From assembly GCA_965202585.1 (NCBI GenBank), contig OZ241830.1:33108001-33172000 (forward strand): a DNA stretch of 64,000 nt. Reading direction: 5' to 3'. This stretch comes from Thalia democratica (Eukaryota). The stretch's first letter is position 1; each line of letters starts with the position of its first letter. Both the position numbers and the translations under genes were made by a program. Under the pieces are notes generated by a model. It was not told the origin of the DNA. It saw nothing but the letters and a program-made list of their open reading frames with translations, and searched no databases. Below, in pieces: positions 25,267-38,416 of this stretch.

Positions 25267-27926
25267 ATGAGTTATGTAACAACATCAAACGAAACAATTA
25301 GCAGCAGAAGGAGTTATAGCTTAACAATCTTTATAACTGGGGTAAATTGGCAATTTGATTTATGTTCTGATAGATTTTATGGTGTAATCAGTATGTTTAT
25401 TTTTGAGTTACTTTTGTTATAGAAAATTAAGTTATGATTATTTAAACTCTTGAATATTCTTCAGTGAAAAATTTATTTTTAAACTAAATGTGTTTAACAA
25501 AAAGTTAACAAAAAAACATCGTAAGTAAATCATACACTTCCAACTAGATTTTTAAAATACCATGTATTTTCACGAAGAAAAATACTTAAGGTAGTTAAGC
25601 AATTTTAAGAAATTTTAATGTAAACTATTAAATATGTTTAATTTTTTGTACATAAACAGGTATTACTAACAGTAATAGGAGTATTACGAACATTACTGGA
25701 GTTGAATGCAATGTCAAATTACGTAAAAACAATGTCTTATGTTTCATTATATTCAATGTATTGTTCTTTTTTTCTTGGATTATACGTTAGTTTATTTATC
25801 ATTGAATAGTTATATTGATGTCTTGAGTATAGTTACACGTTAATATACTTCATGTCACGAGTTTATATAGAGTTTTTAAGCTTCAAGCTCGGATTAAATT
25901 TATGCTTTTTCTATTGGTGATAATTTATAAATTATCTTCGTAATAGTTAATTGATACAACATAAAGAGTTTTTTTAAACATATTTTTATTGACAAATTGA
26001 GTTTTATTAGAAACTAAACTCTATTTTGATTTTAACATGTGTAAGTTTGAACATAGTTTTAGCTAAAGGTATTTATAGTACTTTGAGAAAATTCATATTT
26101 AAATACAATAAGAAACAAGAATAAAATAATGTAACTACAAACGTTATTATATAGACGGCGACTTTAGGAATATTATGCTGTCAAAAATCACTTGATTCTA
26201 CACAAATAAAGGTGAGGTAAATATTTCTATAAACTGTTATAAAAACTTAAAATCGTTAAGAGGTTATTAACAGATATTTTTAATTTTTCCTGATACTTTA
26301 ATAACACAGTTCGTAAGTTATTTGTTTACAGTATCATTACTATCAATATTTAGTTAAATAAATGTATGATGTTTTAAAGTATTACTTTTAAAGTATTTTC
26401 TGATACAAGTTACTTTATAGATAAATATCAAATATTCAGGCAAAACTAAAAACTAGTAGTCTAACACTTCAACAAAAGTATTTTTCTAACTAAATGTGTT
26501 GAACATTTGACTGCAAATTACGACAACCAAAACAACCTAAAGTAGTGAAACATGCTACTAGTAAACAGTAAAATGCAATAAAAGTTTTCTAAAGTCATTA
26601 TGTTTTACACCTCTAAAAAAAATCTATTTTTATCAAGTGTTCTTTTTTATACAAGTGAACGCTTCTAGGTCTTACTGTGTTTGACGTTTGTTGGGTTTAT
26701 GTCTAACATAATCTACTTAGTAGTGGATTTGCTAATATTTACTTCGAATGAATGGTTTTGGGGATTGATAAAATTCGACTACATGATGTTATTAAAGGTT
26801 ACTGAACGAAAGTTTAATATTTTTTGTTCATTTATAAACAATATACTTTTATGTTATTTTTTATATTTTAGAACGTAAATAACATACAAATAAAATATTA
26901 TGTTTATTTTTCATGTTCATGCGTGTTCTGAAATTAAATAAAATATTAACTTATATATATTAAACTATAATATTAAGTTAAATGCAGTTTGTAAAAGCTG
27001 ACTAATAACCGAAAAATATTCAAAAAACTAAATAATTTTGTTTAGAAATGATTAAAGTGTTGTTAAAGCTGCTGATGCATTGTTTAGTTTTAAATTGGTA
27101 ACGTTAAGGCTTAATACTAGTTTCAAAGATTAATTTCTTTGTAAGGTAAACTAATCATATTTTAACGTGATACTAAAAACTGTAATAGTTAATTTATTTT
27201 TACTTTTAACCTTTTCAATACTATAATATAAATTACAAAACAATATTGTATGTTAGGTTTACAGTTTACCAGGTACTTGTATTTTGTTAGAAGGGTATTT
27301 CGTTTGATTAAAAGAATGAAAATAAAATAAGTTTTTTAAGTACTTAAGGGTATTTTGTTTAAATAAAATGTCACTAAACTTGTATAATATAGAACATGAC
27401 AACCCTTTATGACGTAGTAACTGATGGATTAGGGGTTGCAATATTTTTCATCAGTGCAATCGTGTTATCAAGACAACTCTATTTGTGTAAACAACTGGTT
27501 AGTTTCTTTTTTAACTCTTCAATAGAGTTTCCTTTTATTAGCTTAAAAAATTTTGTATAAATTTCAATAAATTCTAAAATATACTCTTGTTAGCAATAAC
27601 TAAAAACTTAAATCAAGTTAGAACTTAGAACTCTCATAAAAACCTTTATGTTTAATTACATAGTAGGTTTGAAACTAAAATTTTCTAACCTTATCATGGT
27701 TTTAATTTTATTATACTTGGTAAAAGTTTCTTCATTAATTTTATTTTTTACAGTACATTTCTTTTTTTTTAAGTAGTATAGGACTAACAACAAATTTTAA
27801 AGCATGTACTTAAACTATAAAAATGCTGTAAATTAATTGTTATCAAGAAAGAGGATTTCAAATGTTTTATATTATAATATATACTTTTAGATGAAACGAA
27901 GAAAGGTAGACATGCAAGAAGTTTAA
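25267..27926 (+). CDS. 175-aa four-TM membrane protein (MS4A/CD20-like topology), 6 exons, absent from the ORF track
   Basis: Exons 25267-25341, 25660-25785, 26155-26211, 26669-26797, 27393-27497 and 27891-27926 (TAA). All introns are GT-AG and phase 0, and the frame is open. Four hydrophobic helices. Exons 4-6 are independently supported by a paralog at 35202-36428. Exon 1 is the least certain. Confidence 0.75.
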
Positions 27927-30900
27927 AGAATTATTCTAACTTGAATATCTTTAAAAAAATTGTAAGACTCTGATATCAACTTTAAAACTCGTAACACATA
28001 CTGTTGTATTTTAGAACTTAATTACTTGTTTTTAAAAGTAGTTTTAAAATGTTTATTTGACTTTTTTTTTTCTTTACAAGTTTTACAAGCATTTAATCAA
28101 TTTACGTTTTTTGGTTCAAATTAAAAACAATTATTAAATTTTTGTAGTTTTAAAGTTTTATTAATACAACAAAAGATATAATACTTTCAAAATCATTATT
28201 TTCACAAAAAACTTTTTAACATATCAAGTAATAAAAAATGTAAGTAAGTCAAAGCTTAGTCTTGGTTCATAAGATATGTGACTTTGATATTTATAGTAAT
28301 TGTACTCAATTAATATTGAATAATACAATGCTTATCAACTAAAATAAGTGAAACTTAATGCTTTTTCTGGACCTTTTCACTCAGTACTTTAGCAATATTC
28401 TTAAAAATATGTTTAACAAGAAAAAAAGTTTTATTTATCTTTTTGTTATATTTAGAAATGTTAAGGGCTTGAAATTAAGACTACAAAACTAAGTTTAACT
28501 TTATCCAAAATACAACTAATATTTTTTGTTACTTAAACTAAAGTTTATTTTCATGAAAGTAGAGTATTGATAGATCAAAAACTATTAAAATATAAAACAC
28601 AAAATATAAACTAAATAAATGTATAAAAGATTAAGTTTTTAGAACGATGCAAAAAATAACAGATAAAACACATTTAATACAAACAGAGAAAATTGTAGTA
28701 CAGCAAACTATTATCTGCTTAAAATAAAGTTAAAATGTATTAATTTTGCTTAATAAAAAACATATTAATCATTAACAAAAAAGTTATTTTGCAAAGACTA
28801 CAGTGTGGTGCGCCCAAAGAGCTTATGAAAATATATAAGTTTGATTTATGTCAGTGTGTTTCACAACTTATTTAGAATAACCTAGGTGAGCCAAGTACTA
28901 ATTAAAATTTGAACTATAAAAACAAAAATCAAAGTTTTGTTTACCTTGTTCAAGGTATTTATTTTTCTTAAACAAAGTAGAACTATAACTGAAATATTAG
29001 ATACATTTTATAAATAAATGAACTCAAGCAGTTTATATATTATTCTTATCTTACAACTATTCTGCTTATTTATTTGTTTTGGAGTCTAAAATAAAATTAA
29101 GAAAAGAAAGTTTTTACCTTAACTAAAAATTTAAAATTTAGCTCTAGAAATACTAAATATTTCTGCTTTATTTTTCAATATTTTATCTCATTCTTTATTT
29201 AGTTGAATAACTGCAGTCAACAATAGCTTATTTCTATAAAGTGCAGTCCGCAAGCAACTTTTACTAACGAAATCGGCTCGCGGTTTGAACAGTATTCAGT
29301 CCTTGTTCTAATTATTCTTATTCTTATTTAAAACCTAGATAGCATTTAAACTTTATTTAAAGAATAATACAAATACTGTCTTTTCTCTAAAACAAACTTA
29401 GAAATAATAACTAATCAAATAACACATACAGTTAACATGTAATATAACAAAGAATAAATAAGTAAATAAAGTAATGAAAAAATATATTTAAAAACAATAC
29501 TTCTTTAGAAGTGAACAGAACTTAGGCATATTATACGCAGAGTTTTTATTGGCTTTCAAACAAGTTTGTTTTTGTTTAAAAAATAAGAAGTCTAAAAACA
29601 GCGCCCGTAGAACAAAAGTTTACAGCCTGCAAGCTACTTTTTATATATTGAAACAAATAATTCTTAACTCACTTTAAAAGTATAAAATAATATAAGTTTA
29701 AAAATAGGGTAAAGAAGTAAAGGTTGTAGTCATACTATAGTATAATGCATTTAGCATAAATAGAAAAAAAAAAAAAAAAATTCAGCGAACATGTACCAAG
29801 TATTTTTCATTGTCGATATGTTCGATTATTTAGCATTTACTTATAACGACAAATATCTTGAACTTTAAACATGGATTTCTAGTTTTCAAGTTGATATTTC
29901 TAGCAGTCGTTTTTAACGGTATAAATAAACTAATATTGAACCTACTACTAATAGAAAATATAACAGTATATTAAACCGCTTCTAAATAAACTCAATTGTT
30001 TTCGCTGTACTAAATGTTAAATATACAAACAGCAAAAACGAATCAAAAAAATGATGCAGCTTTCAACAAAATATCATTTAACTACACAATTTATTGAACA
30101 CTTTAGAATGCTTGTACACTCTGGGAGGAAAAAGAAAAGGACTTGTACTTGTCACCATGTAAAAATTACCATTATTTTTATGTAATTTTTAGTCATACTT
30201 ATTTTATCAGGTTGTGTTTTTTAATTATGTTAATTTAAAAAAACATATAAGCAAGAACTTTGAAAAAATGAAACTAAAAAAGTGATATAAAGTTGATGCG
30301 ATCATAATGGAACAAGAAAAAGAACTTATATATATCGCCGTGTTTGTTAATCACTATATAAAGCAGTGTTGTTTATTTATATTTTTTTAATAAATTTTGT
30401 TCTTTTGTTATGTTCATTTTAATCAAAAGGCTATGCTAAAACTTTGCGTAAAATGAAACTTTAATTTTTTAAAATGCTTGTGTAATCTAATCGGAAAAAG
30501 AAAAATATTTTTTATCTGTCACTCTGTATGCTAATCAGTAAATAAAGCTGTTTTGTTCAAGAATATTTATTAAATTGTATTTTATACTTAAGCTTAATTT
30601 GTTTTAAAGTGCTCTATTTACAATAAGTAAAGAATAGAATTAAATTGTTGTTTGATTATTCTGCGATCTGAGCGTTAGAAAAGCGAATATTTTACTTGTT
30701 ATTATGTATGTAAGTAATTTTGAATAAATTTATTGTTAAGTCAAACTGATTTTATTATCTGTTGTTTTTTAATTAGGTTTATTTTGATTAAAGATTTTTA
30801 CAAAACTTTGCATAAATTAAACTAAAACATTATTACCATTCTAATGCGATCTTAGCAGAACACCAAACAATAAAATTAGATTGCAACACTGTTTCTTATT

Positions 30901-32529
30901 ATTTTTTTATTAAACTCTTTTTTAGTATGTTAATTTTAGTCAAAGGGTCATATAGAACTTTAAATGAAATTAAACTTAATTGCTGCTAATGCAATCTTAG
31001 CGAAATAATAAACAGGAATATTAAATTGCCATAATGTGGGTTAATCATTATATTTTGTTTATATTTATTTATGTTTATTTTTATTTAAGGATAGAAAAGC
31101 AAATTTATTAACAATTTATCAACAAAATTACCTTTACTTTAGTTTTACTTGCTAAATCTCTAAGTTTTGTATTTATTTGAATTTATTCACACGTCATAAA
31201 CAGAAGTTGTTCTTTAAACTGTTCACAATTCAAAAATTTTTTTCAATATTCATTAACATTCATCACTTGAAAATGGAACTAGTATAGTTTTGAAAAGCTT
31301 TGTGAAATGAAAAATAAAACAAAATGAATAATCTGTTTGTAATAAGTTGCAACTGTTATATAAATATGTTTAAAAACATTCCTATAATAGTATTATAATG
31401 TGTAATTTATTTTTCGTTTTTTATTAAAAATTAAAAAGTTAAATTGTTTGCTAGTCACAATTAATTTTGATACCTACCCAGCAAGTTTTGTAAAGAATTG
31501 TTATAAACAGATAAGAACTCAAGCTTAAACTCTTTATTTGTGAGCTTTAAAAAAGAATGTGAAGTTACCAAAATGTTTTACTAGTAGTTTATATAAAACT
31601 AAAAACCTGTATTTCTCAGAACCTTAGCTCAAGCCGACAATTTTTTTTTTTGAGCAAGTTTACAACTAAAAAAAAAATCAGTTTTAATCTTTTTATTTGT
31701 ACTAAATGATTTTTGTCTTTTGTTTTGATGTTTTCATGAACAAGTTTAATTGATCTAAAATTAGAAAAAAAAACTTAAGATATTCAACTTTTATCTACAG
31801 TTTCTTTTATTTTTGATCGTTCTGTTAAAACTTTTAATTTTAGGTGCAAATATTTATCCTTAAGTTATTTACAGTACTATAAAAAACTTTAAGTAATTTA
31901 GATAACAAATCACTTTAAAGCTATATCAACGTCCTTAAGATGTTATTACTAACTTTCAATTTACTCGAATCATCAGCTATTTTGAAAAAAAAGAAATCTT
32001 TAAAGTATTTTTCTCACATTTATCTGCTTTTAGTCACAATTTTTCACATCCTTATTAGAAAAAAATTAGAAATAAGGCAAATGACTAAAACACTTTTTGT
32101 TGAACAAGTAGGTGTGTCACATTCGAAACGATAAACATTAAAAATATAGTATTTTAAAAATTTTATTCTGTCAAAAATTGCTTACTCCTACACTGGTTAA
32201 GGTAAGGTAGACTATTTTTACTTTCTGCTACATAATATTGTTATGAATAAACTCTTGCTGGCTGACTTTTTAACTGTGTATTTTTTCGCTAATATTTTCA
32301 AAACAGTACTTAAAAACACTTAATAACGTCACAATTTAAATTAAGTTTTGGTTTGATAATTTTCAACTATTTTAAAGTTTTATTTTTATAAGTATGGTTA
32401 TTGTTGTTATAATGATCTAATTAACGAAACTAAGAAAACTATACTTTCCAAAATAGTCATACAAAACTTGTGTTACTTGAATGCACTGAACAACATTTAA
32501 TTTTGTTTTATACATAAATCACAAACTAA

Positions 32530-35101
32530 AATGCTGTACAGAAAGATTATTTGTTGTACTAACCAAATCTAAAAAACTTTTTTATCATTCTAATGTATAA
32601 TATTACTTAATTTGACTAGATTAACAAACACTGTAAAAGTTTTTATAATCGTCGATATCAAACTGTACAATGCAATATAAAATAAAGGTTTTTGAGATGT
32701 AAAAATTACTTTCTTTAAAAAAACAAGTGATTATATTTAAAACAATAACTTATTAGAAAATTTAGCAATTTTTTATTAATTTTCTAAGGTTTTCACAGTT
32801 TTTTACTGTTTCTTAAATTATTTAGTAATTATTGTTGTTATTCAGCAAATTTCATAGAATTCTAAAAATAAGTTGCGATTTTTATCTAGTTATTGACTTA
32901 TTCGTAACTAGTGCTATAAAAAATTGTACAGGCATAAATTAATATTCAAATGATCTGATAGATAAGTTATATTATAAACAAAAAATAATTCTTTACAGGG
33001 ATAGTCAAAAGTATAAACCCAGTGTATCAATATTATGTCTAACAAAATACATGTGAAAGAATTTTTAGCTGCAGTTTCAAGACTAAAAGCTTTTCATCCA
33101 AAATGCGAAATCTATTCTTCTAAAACACAAAAACGCTTCATTCATGAATTTAATGAAAAAGAAATACGTATCTTGACTTGCGAAATACAAAAAGTGTTAG
33201 TTGTTGATGATTTGCTTTTACCTTTTCAAGCGAATTTCGCTAGCAAGGCAGTAGATGCATTGAAGTACTCGAGAAAAGTCGCAAAATGTTGTTATTGCGT
33301 GTTTGCATTCTTAGTGAGTTTGTTTTTGGTGCCATTTTTGGTGCAAAACTTTCGGCTGCTCTTTGTAGATGAAAGTTCTTCAAAAAGTGCTAATTTTGTG
33401 AACGTTTTGAAAATGCTTGTTTTTCCCTTTGCTCTAGCGACGGTGCCATTAATAATGTTATGGAAGCATTTTGAGGAACACACAATTACTACTAAAACGT
33501 TTTGGGAATACTATACAGTAAAAAAACAAATTCAAGAGTTAAGAGAAAGGGCAATGCAAAAGCTTGTTGAATCCAGCATACACCAAAGACTACATGGTTT
33601 AAATGAAAAACAAGATTAATTATAAAAATTGTTTTTATTTCAAAGATATATCGAAACTACTTATTTTTCTGTTAGCAACATATATGATTAATGTTTATAT
33701 TTGTTACTTAATCTTATTTAGAATTTTTAATTTTACATAAGTGCATATCAATTAACTTATTAGATAAACTTTTTCAAAATGACTTAGAACTTATTTATTT
33801 AATTTGAAGTAATTAACTTTTGTCTTCCTAACAATTTAAGCTTTAATCAATAATATTCAGTAATGAGTCAACCAAAGCTAAAAATAGAAACAGTTTAGAG
33901 TGAATCTTTTTAAAGTCGTGTTTTCATAACACATGTTTTATGTTACTAGAATGAATTTGTGTTAATAAGCTATTGTGAAACCTAGTTTTAAGTTAAAGGT
34001 GAACGGAAAAAAAGAAAATGCTTAAACTTATTCTTAAATTATGAGTTAAATTGTTGTTTGCTGTATAATAAGAAAAAAAATACTACATATTATCATGCTT
34101 TTAAATTTATTTCAATAGCTGTGTTTGCATGCTTTTTAAATTAACACATACTTTATACCATGTCTATCGATATTTTCATGAACAGATAATACTTTAAGCT
34201 GTTTAAACATATAATAATCAAGTAACATGTAAAATGTAACACAGTCACTTAAAAGGAAGGTGTTAAACTGTACGTAAGTAAACGTTTTTATTGTTTTGTT
34301 TAAAGGAAATATATAGTTTAAATTACAGAGTACTTCTAAAAAACTTCCTTCAAACAGCATAACATTTTAGCAATCCAACATATCAGTTTAACCTATTTTT
34401 CTTCTTATGTTTCACAAATGTACAAATTTTTTAAAAGAATAACTTCTTTTTAATAAACAGACGTAAAATTTTTGATAAAAATTAAATAAAAACTGTTAGA
34501 AAATAAATAACAAACAGTGAATAATGTAGTATAAGAAACTAACATTGATTACAATGTTTTAAAAATTCAAAAAAAAAAGCTTTAAGTTTACCACGAAAAA
34601 TAATTTTGTCGTTTAACTTCATAAATTTATTTTTAATATAAGTTTTGCTCAATGATCTCGTCAGTATAAATAATTCTGAATTGCGTGTATATTTTAGCAT
34701 ATAGTATACAGATTTAGGTCAAAGTCATAAAAATATCAAACGTTCAGCATTCAGGCAACTGTGCTTTAGGATAAAACTTAAAGTTACAAGCGTTTATTAA
34801 ATATTTACAATTTAGATGACATTAAATTATTAGCATTCTGCAAACTCTGCACTTGTTGGAAAGTTAAAGAGTTGTATAATTAAACATATACAATTTTAAA
34901 TTATTTATATTTTGTAATCAATAAAGATTTACAGTAGACCAACGTTGTTTTTGTAAAACCCATAAAGTATAACGAAGAGTTTTTATAACCAAGTAAACTC
35001 ATTAATAGTATTTCATAAAAAAAAATAGCTAGATAAAGTTGTGTTTAGAAATAGGTATTTTAGAGTAATTTTTAAGTTTATTTAGCTGAATTAACAGTTT
35101 A
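32530..35101 (+). repeat. Segmental duplication copy A (~2.6 kb)
   Basis: Colinear with 39926-42507 from atgctgtacagaaagattatttgttgtactaacc to ttagctgaattaacagttt; includes the 194-aa ORF. Confidence 0.9.
33035..33619 (+). CDS. 194-aa protein with two predicted TM helices and a helical C-terminus, paralog A
   Basis: Single-exon ORF. An intact, equal-length paralog lies at 40432. A TCTTTACAG acceptor 36-37 nt upstream of the ATG is conserved in both copies. Confidence 0.8.
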   Translation: MSNKIHVKEFLAAVSRLKAFHPKCEIYSSKTQKRFIHEFNEKEIRILTCEIQKVLVVDDLLLPFQANFASKAVDALKYSRKVAKCCYCVFAFLVSLFLVPFLVQNFRLLFVDESSSKSANFVNVLKMLVFPFALATVPLIMLWKHFEEHTITTKTFWEYYTVKKQIQELRERAMQKLVESSIHQRLHGLNEKQD

Positions 35102-35201
35102 ATTTAAATGCATTGAGTAAAAATAGTTTTGTTTTTTACATAAATCACAAACTAGTTTTTATTGTTAGTCTATGGTCTGTTTGTTTATTCAACGCTTTTA
35201 G

Positions 35202-36428
35202 GTTTCACTTTGTTTAACGTTTGTTGGACTTGTGTCAAATATTGGCTACTTAGTATTGGACTTACTCATGTTAACATCAAACGAATGGTTGTTGAACTTA
35301 CTCACCTATTTCGATTTTATTTCACAGGTTATTTAACAAAATAAAAAAAGAATTTAAAAGTTTTGTACATAATATTTTAAAGTATTCGTTGTAAAATATC
35401 CAAATCTGTCAGATTCAAAATAAAGTAATTAATTTCATATTGAATTTTTTTTACCTTTTCTAGTATTTTTTTTTAATACTTAACTAGTTTAAGCGCGTGC
35501 TAATGAATTTTCTTTTTATTATTTACTTTTTTTAGAACTAAGACTTTTTTTTTTTTATAGCAAATGAGATGAACTTTTGTTTTATAAAGGAATTTGGAAA
35601 ATATATTTAATTTCTTTTTCATTATAAAGTCAATTCATGATATAAAAGTTAAAAATAATTACAGAAGATCATTTGTTTATTTAAAAGTAATTAGCTATAA
35701 AAATTATAAAAGCAATGTAATCTGTTATGCTTACAGTTTACTAGTTACCTATATTTAAGTTATCTACAAGGATTTTTTGACATAACTAAATTTATGAATA
35801 TAAAATAAAGTTTAAATAAAATAATGGGTTTATAACTTATTTTTAGTACTACTTAAATTGTGTATTGTACTCTAGAACTTAACATCTTATTACGACATAG
35901 TAACTGACGGATTAGCAGTTGTAATATTGTTATTCAGCTCATTTGTGTTATCAAAACGACTCTACATGTTCAAATAAGTGGTTAGTTCACTTTCTAATTT
36001 CTTAATATTATTGCCAACAAACATTTTAAGTATTTGTTTAATGGCATATTTCATAACAAAAATTATAATCTATATATGTTCATATATTTTAAGCTTAAAG
36101 CAAGATGGTTTTATCATTTTGATCTATAATAGTTTTATTAGTTTAAGGTGTTATGGTAATTTTAATGACTTTAAACTAAACACTCGTATCTTTATTTAGC
36201 TTCTAGTATATTGACTTTATCAATTTTACAATTTAACGCTGAGGCAAATAGCACGTTTAAAAAAATAGTATATACCAAACAGTAGCTATTTGAAAGCTGT
36301 TAATACATTTAAACTATTAAAAAACTAACATATTGTATTAAAAATTTTAAAACATATTATATATCTCACAATTTTTTTTTATTTTGTTTTAGATGAAACG
36401 AAGAAAGCTAGAGACGCAAAAAGTTTAA
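35202..36428 (+). pseudogene. 5'-truncated paralog of the four-TM gene (exons 4-6 only) with a nonsense codon
   Basis: Exons 35202-35327 (VSLCLTFVGLVSNIGYLVLDLLMLTSNEW...), 35876-35980 (NLTSYYDIVTDGLAVVILLFSSFVLSKRLYMFK*V) and 36393-36428 (MKRRKLETQKV*) match exons 4-6 of the 25267 gene. TAA at 35975-35977 aligns with CAA. No exons 1-3 were found upstream. Confidence 0.75.
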
Positions 36429-36713
36429 TAAAGTTACTAATTGAAATATTTCTATTAGCAAACACAAAATATCGAATTGAAAACAAATTGAAAACCCTTT
36501 TAAAACTTACTTATAATTGTACAATTTAATTAATTTATTCACTGTTTCGCACATTTCAACTAGAAAAACTTGCACAGCTTTTAATAAGACAAAGATATGT
36601 ATTTTCTAGTTTTTTTACCTAATTTCTTTTACAAAAAGTATAATTATAATGGTACGATTAATATTTGATATTAGTATACAAATAAATCTTACCAGCATTA
36701 AGTCAATTATTAC

Positions 36714-38416
36714 CAGTGATGTACCGGACCCACAATTTCGGGTCCGGCCGGACCCGGATTCGGACTTTTTTTTCAAATTAGAATCCGGCCGGAACCGGTT
36801 CCGGACTTTTTTTTCAAATTAGAGTCCGGCCGGAACCGGATCCGGACTTTTTTTTCAAATTAGAATCCGGCCGGATCCGGATATCAGACGAAAATGGCAA
36901 TATCCGGCCGGACCCGGACCCGGATAGTTCGGTACATCACTAGAATAAACTAGCCTGAGTCAGAATGAGGTTTTTAAAAACTGAAAAAAAGAACTTTAAT
37001 CTAATAATAAGTAGAACAGCTAGCCACAAGGTTTACAAATTTAGGTGTTATTTACAATTCAAATCTGAAATCAAGTTCTTGAACAAAATACATTAGAAAA
37101 TTACAAAGTATTGAAAACTGGATCAGCTCAAACTTGTTCAAAATCTAAAAGTAAACTAGCCTGAGTTTTTATAAAAAACAAAAGTAGCCTGAGGCAGTCC
37201 AAGATTTTTTAAAATTCCCAAAAATTTTCAAACTAGCAGGGTTGCCACAGTTTAAGTCAATAAAACAACTAGAGTGATTATAAACAAGCCTGAGTCAGAA
37301 TGAGGTTTACTTTAATCTAATAATCAGTAGAACAGCTAGCAAAGGTTGACAATTTGGTAGTAAAGTTGTGGACTGACTGTGGTACACTTAACTTATTACT
37401 ACTACCCATCATAATTAAATCCTACCTTATTTAATTAATATCTAACAAATGCTAAATTCTAACTGAGACTACTTTCTATAATCAGACACGACAGTTTTGA
37501 GTGATGAATCTTTTATATAAAAAACAACAAGAAATACTAGCATATACAAAATTATTAGTTACTTTGGTAACACTTTAAAAACTGGAAGCTATATAAATCT
37601 ATATCAAAAGACTTAAAACAAAAAACCAAAATTTAAATAAAACTTTTAGTAAACAAGAAACTTTAAAATTTTTAATAAACTATTAAACTATAAACCTGGC
37701 TTATATATTTAAATTAAACAATTAAACACCTGCTGAAATATTCACTTTTAAAACAAAACACTACTTACAATAAGCATTCACAAAAACGTTCAAGATATTT
37801 TGTTGCTTCAAGCTACACACCAAACTAACTAACTGCTTACATATAAACTGACTGTCATGTTCTGATATTTTGCTGCATCTGTATTTAGTTTAAAACATTT
37901 CGTCATATGATTCTCATTGGCTCCTACATTCAACCGTATTAACTCTAAATATTCTCTGAGCTCAACTTTGAACAATAAATAATGCAAGTATTCATTCCAA
38001 AGTTTTTAATTTTACAACATAGTTGCATTTCATGAAATGTTTATTTCATAGTTTGAATGTTAACAAATGTAAATTAGTCACGTGTACAAAATGAGCCAAT
38101 CACGGTAGGTGTTTAATTTTAACTGACGAAAATGACTCTTATTAGTTTATACATGGTTTGTTTTTGAAAAAATAATTTTCAGTATGCTCTTTTTTACTAA
38201 CTAGATCCGGGTCCGGCCGGACCCGGATCCGGACTTTTTTTTCAAATTAGAATCCGGCCGGAACTGGACCCGGACTTTTTTTTCAAATTAATGTCCGGCC
38301 GGAACCGGATCCGGACTTTTTTTTTCAAATTAGAATCCGGCCGGATCCGGATATCGGACAAAAATGGCAATATCCGGCCGGACCCGGACCCGGATAGTGA
38401 GTCCGGTACATCACTA
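36714..38416. mobile_element. Composite non-autonomous hAT-type DNA transposon (MITE + ~1.26 kb cargo + second MITE right end)
   Basis: Exact 8-bp TSD ATTATTAC at 36706-36713 and 38417-38424. TIRs CAGTGATGTACCGGAC and (reverse complement) TAGTGATGTACCGGAC match 15/16. An internal right TIR ends at 36942. Direct-orientation CCGG-rich ~42-bp subterminal arrays lie at 36741-36875 and 38204-38345. Confidence 0.85.

Noticed and set aside
29763-29780. Poly-A run as a retrocopy tail
   Set aside because: No upstream element or TSD; homopolymer runs are common in this window.
36741-38345. Regularly spaced ~42-bp repeats resembling a CRISPR array
   Set aside because: The intervening sequences are identical rather than unique spacers, the host is eukaryotic, no cas genes are present, and the arrays lie inside TIRs with a TSD.
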